A DNA stretch of 64,000 nucleotides from the human T2T-CHM13v2.0 reference genome, Homo sapiens: assembly GCF_009914755.1 (NCBI RefSeq), contig NC_060926.1; one strand, written 5' to 3'. Each line of letters opens with the position of its first letter. Position 1 is the stretch's first letter. The position numbers and the translations under genes are program-made. Of this stretch, positions 60,420-64,000 are shown in pieces. A model generated the notes under the pieces. That model did no database searches. It was not told the origin of the DNA and saw only the letters and a list, made by a program, of their open reading frames with translations.

Positions 60420-61250
60420 ACTCCCTCCTTGTGGTCCTCCCTGTCAGTGATCTTCTCTCCTTGAGATCCTCCCTTCTTGTAATCTTCCCTCCCTGGGGTC
60501 CTCCCTCCCTCCCCAAGGTCCTTCCTCACTCCCTGTGGTCTTCCCTCTCTGGTGTCTTTCCTCCCTGTAGTCCTCCCTCCCTGGGATCCTCCTTTCCTAG
60601 GATCTTCCCTCCCTAGAGTCCTCCCTCCCTCCCTGGGATCTTCCCTTCCTGGGATCTTCCCTCATTCCCTGGGATCTTCCCTTCCTAGGATCTTCCCTCC
60701 CTCTCTGGCATCTTCCCTCCCTGTGGTCCTCCCTCCCTGGGATCCTCCTTTCCTAGGATCTTCCCTTCCTAGAGTCCTCCCTCCCTCCCTGGGATCTTCC
60801 CTCCATCGGCTTCTCCCTCCCTCCCTGAGGTCCTCCCTCACTCCCTGTGATCTCCCCTTCCTGGGATCTTCCCTCCCTGGGGTCCTCCTTCCCTAGGATC
60901 TTCCCTTCCTGGAGTCCTCCCTTGCTCCCTGTAGTCCTCTCTCCCTGGGATATTCCCTCCCTGGAGTCCTCCCTCCCTGAGGTCCTCCCTCACTCCCTGT
61001 GATCTTCCCTTCCTGGGATCTCCCTCCCTGGGGTCCTCCTTCCCTAGGATCTTCCCTTCCTGGGGTCCTCCTTTGCTCCCTGTGGTCCTCCCTCCCTGGG
61101 ATTTTCCCTCCCCATGGTCTTCCTCCCCCAGGGCCCTCCCCCAGTAGGGTCCTCCTTCCCTGAGATCCTCTCTCCCTGGGGTCCTCCCTCCCTGGAGTCC
61201 TTCCTCCCCCAGTGGGGTCCTCCCTCCCTGGGGTCCTCTTTCCCTGTTCT
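60420..61250. repeat. Pyrimidine-rich ~16-bp minisatellite (gggatcttccctccct / ggggtcctccctccct)
   Basis: Repeated ccctccctgggatctt and ccctccctggggtcct units. Confidence 0.92.
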
Positions 61251-61493
61251 TTCTTCAAGGGTCTTATCCCTCTGCACTGCCTCCTCCTGACAATGAGCGC
61301 CAAAACCCTCAGGCAGGTGTTTGTAAAATTTAATTCCACTTCTCAGGCCCTCAGCAAGAAGAGGTCAGTTTGAATTAGCTCATCTGCCACCACCGGAAGC
61401 AGACCCCATTTGTTTTAAAGTATACTTTTAAAAATTACACCTTTATTATAGAAAAAAATAATTGAAAGTATAAGACAGAAATCACTCATCACT

Positions 61494-61844
<351 letters not shown>

Positions 61845-62636
61845 CTATCATCATTGTACCCACTCAGCAGTGATGGCTGCAGGCATCTGCTGCATGGTTG
61901 CCATCACCCACGGGCTGTTTTGTCAGGACACTGGTTTTCCTTTCCTTTCATGGCAGCCCCAGTTCACTTAACTAGTCACCTGTCACTGGACGCTTGGCTG
62001 TGGCTGGTTGTTGAGGACTGTAACATTGTTGGATCTCTGTCTTTCTGCACATCCTTAATTATGTCCTTCAGATCAATTCCAAAATGTAGATTTGTCTGAG
62101 CAAAGGTGTTTACGGCCTTGGGCACTCCTGCTAAATTGCTGTTGGAGCACCTGCGCCAGCTGACCTTCCCACCTGCAGGAGCTAGGTCTAAACATGCATC
62201 TTTCCCTCCACCATGGAAAGTGCTAGGCACCTGTCTCTCTTACTCTTCCCAAGTGGGTAAGGTAAGCAGCCCCATCGAGCAGCCCCATCATTTCACTTTG
62301 CATCCCTGCGGACTGTCGGTGAGGCCAGCCTGGCCCCTGTGTCCTGGCATTCCATGCTTTTCCTCTCAGGAATCACTCAGCGTGCTGGTCACTCTGGTCT
62401 CCATTGGTCTGTGAGTTTTTTGTACACATTAGTGAAATGTTTATATGATAATGCTCACCAACACTATTAAGTCACAAATTATTTTCTCAGTAACTGCTTT
62501 TTACTTTGCCTACAATTTAGTTTTACCTTGTAGAATTTAAACTCCATCTTGATGGGTTCTGTTTCTCTTACTCTAGAATGGCATCTGGCACATATAGGGA
62601 ACCCAGCGAATGCTTGTTGAAGGTGTGAATTGAAAC

Positions 62637-63588
<952 letters not shown>

Positions 63589-63730
63589 AGGGCCTATCAG
63601 GGTCAGCTCTGGCTGTCTTTTCCTTGAGGGTTTCTATCCTTAGTATGGGCTCAGGAAGTTCTTCCCCATGCCAATATTATATTGGCACCTTTTAATGGTT
63701 TCAGTTTTCTCATTTAATTAATCTCCCTAG

Positions 63731-64000
<270 letters not shown>

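Noticed and set aside
60552-61339. Pro/Leu/Ser and Gly/Arg repeat ORFs
   Set aside because: Translations of the C/T minisatellite

Overview
Primate (very probably human) genomic DNA rich in Alu and L1 repeats. It covers the middle of the FARP2 gene (FERM, RhoGEF and pleckstrin domain protein 2) on the + strand. Thirteen phase-compatible GT-AG exons (6904-59661) encode the end of the FERM domain, the FERM-adjacent region, the Ser/Pro linker, the DH domain and the start of the first PH domain; exon numbers 9-21 are from memory. Main points of interest: (1) the linker exon at 16535 has a weak donor and its frame stays open for about 325 more codons (acidic, Ser-rich), followed by about 4.6 kb of repeat-poor 3'UTR-like DNA and a strong poly(A) signal. 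This is a candidate alternative last exon giving a FERM-only, FRMD7-like isoform without GEF domains. (2) Two kb-scale arrays of the same 17-18 bp minisatellite lie in opposite orientation on either side of the DH-coding exon 18. (3) A sense-strand mRNA retrocopy places AATAAA just behind two alternative acceptors in intron 17. (4) A KCTD5 retrocopy still has an open 225-codon frame. (5) A tailless BC200 retrocopy. (6) Several VNTRs and local templated duplications. Most of the supplied ORFs are Alu or VNTR artefacts. Repeat boundaries were set by eye and are approximate.
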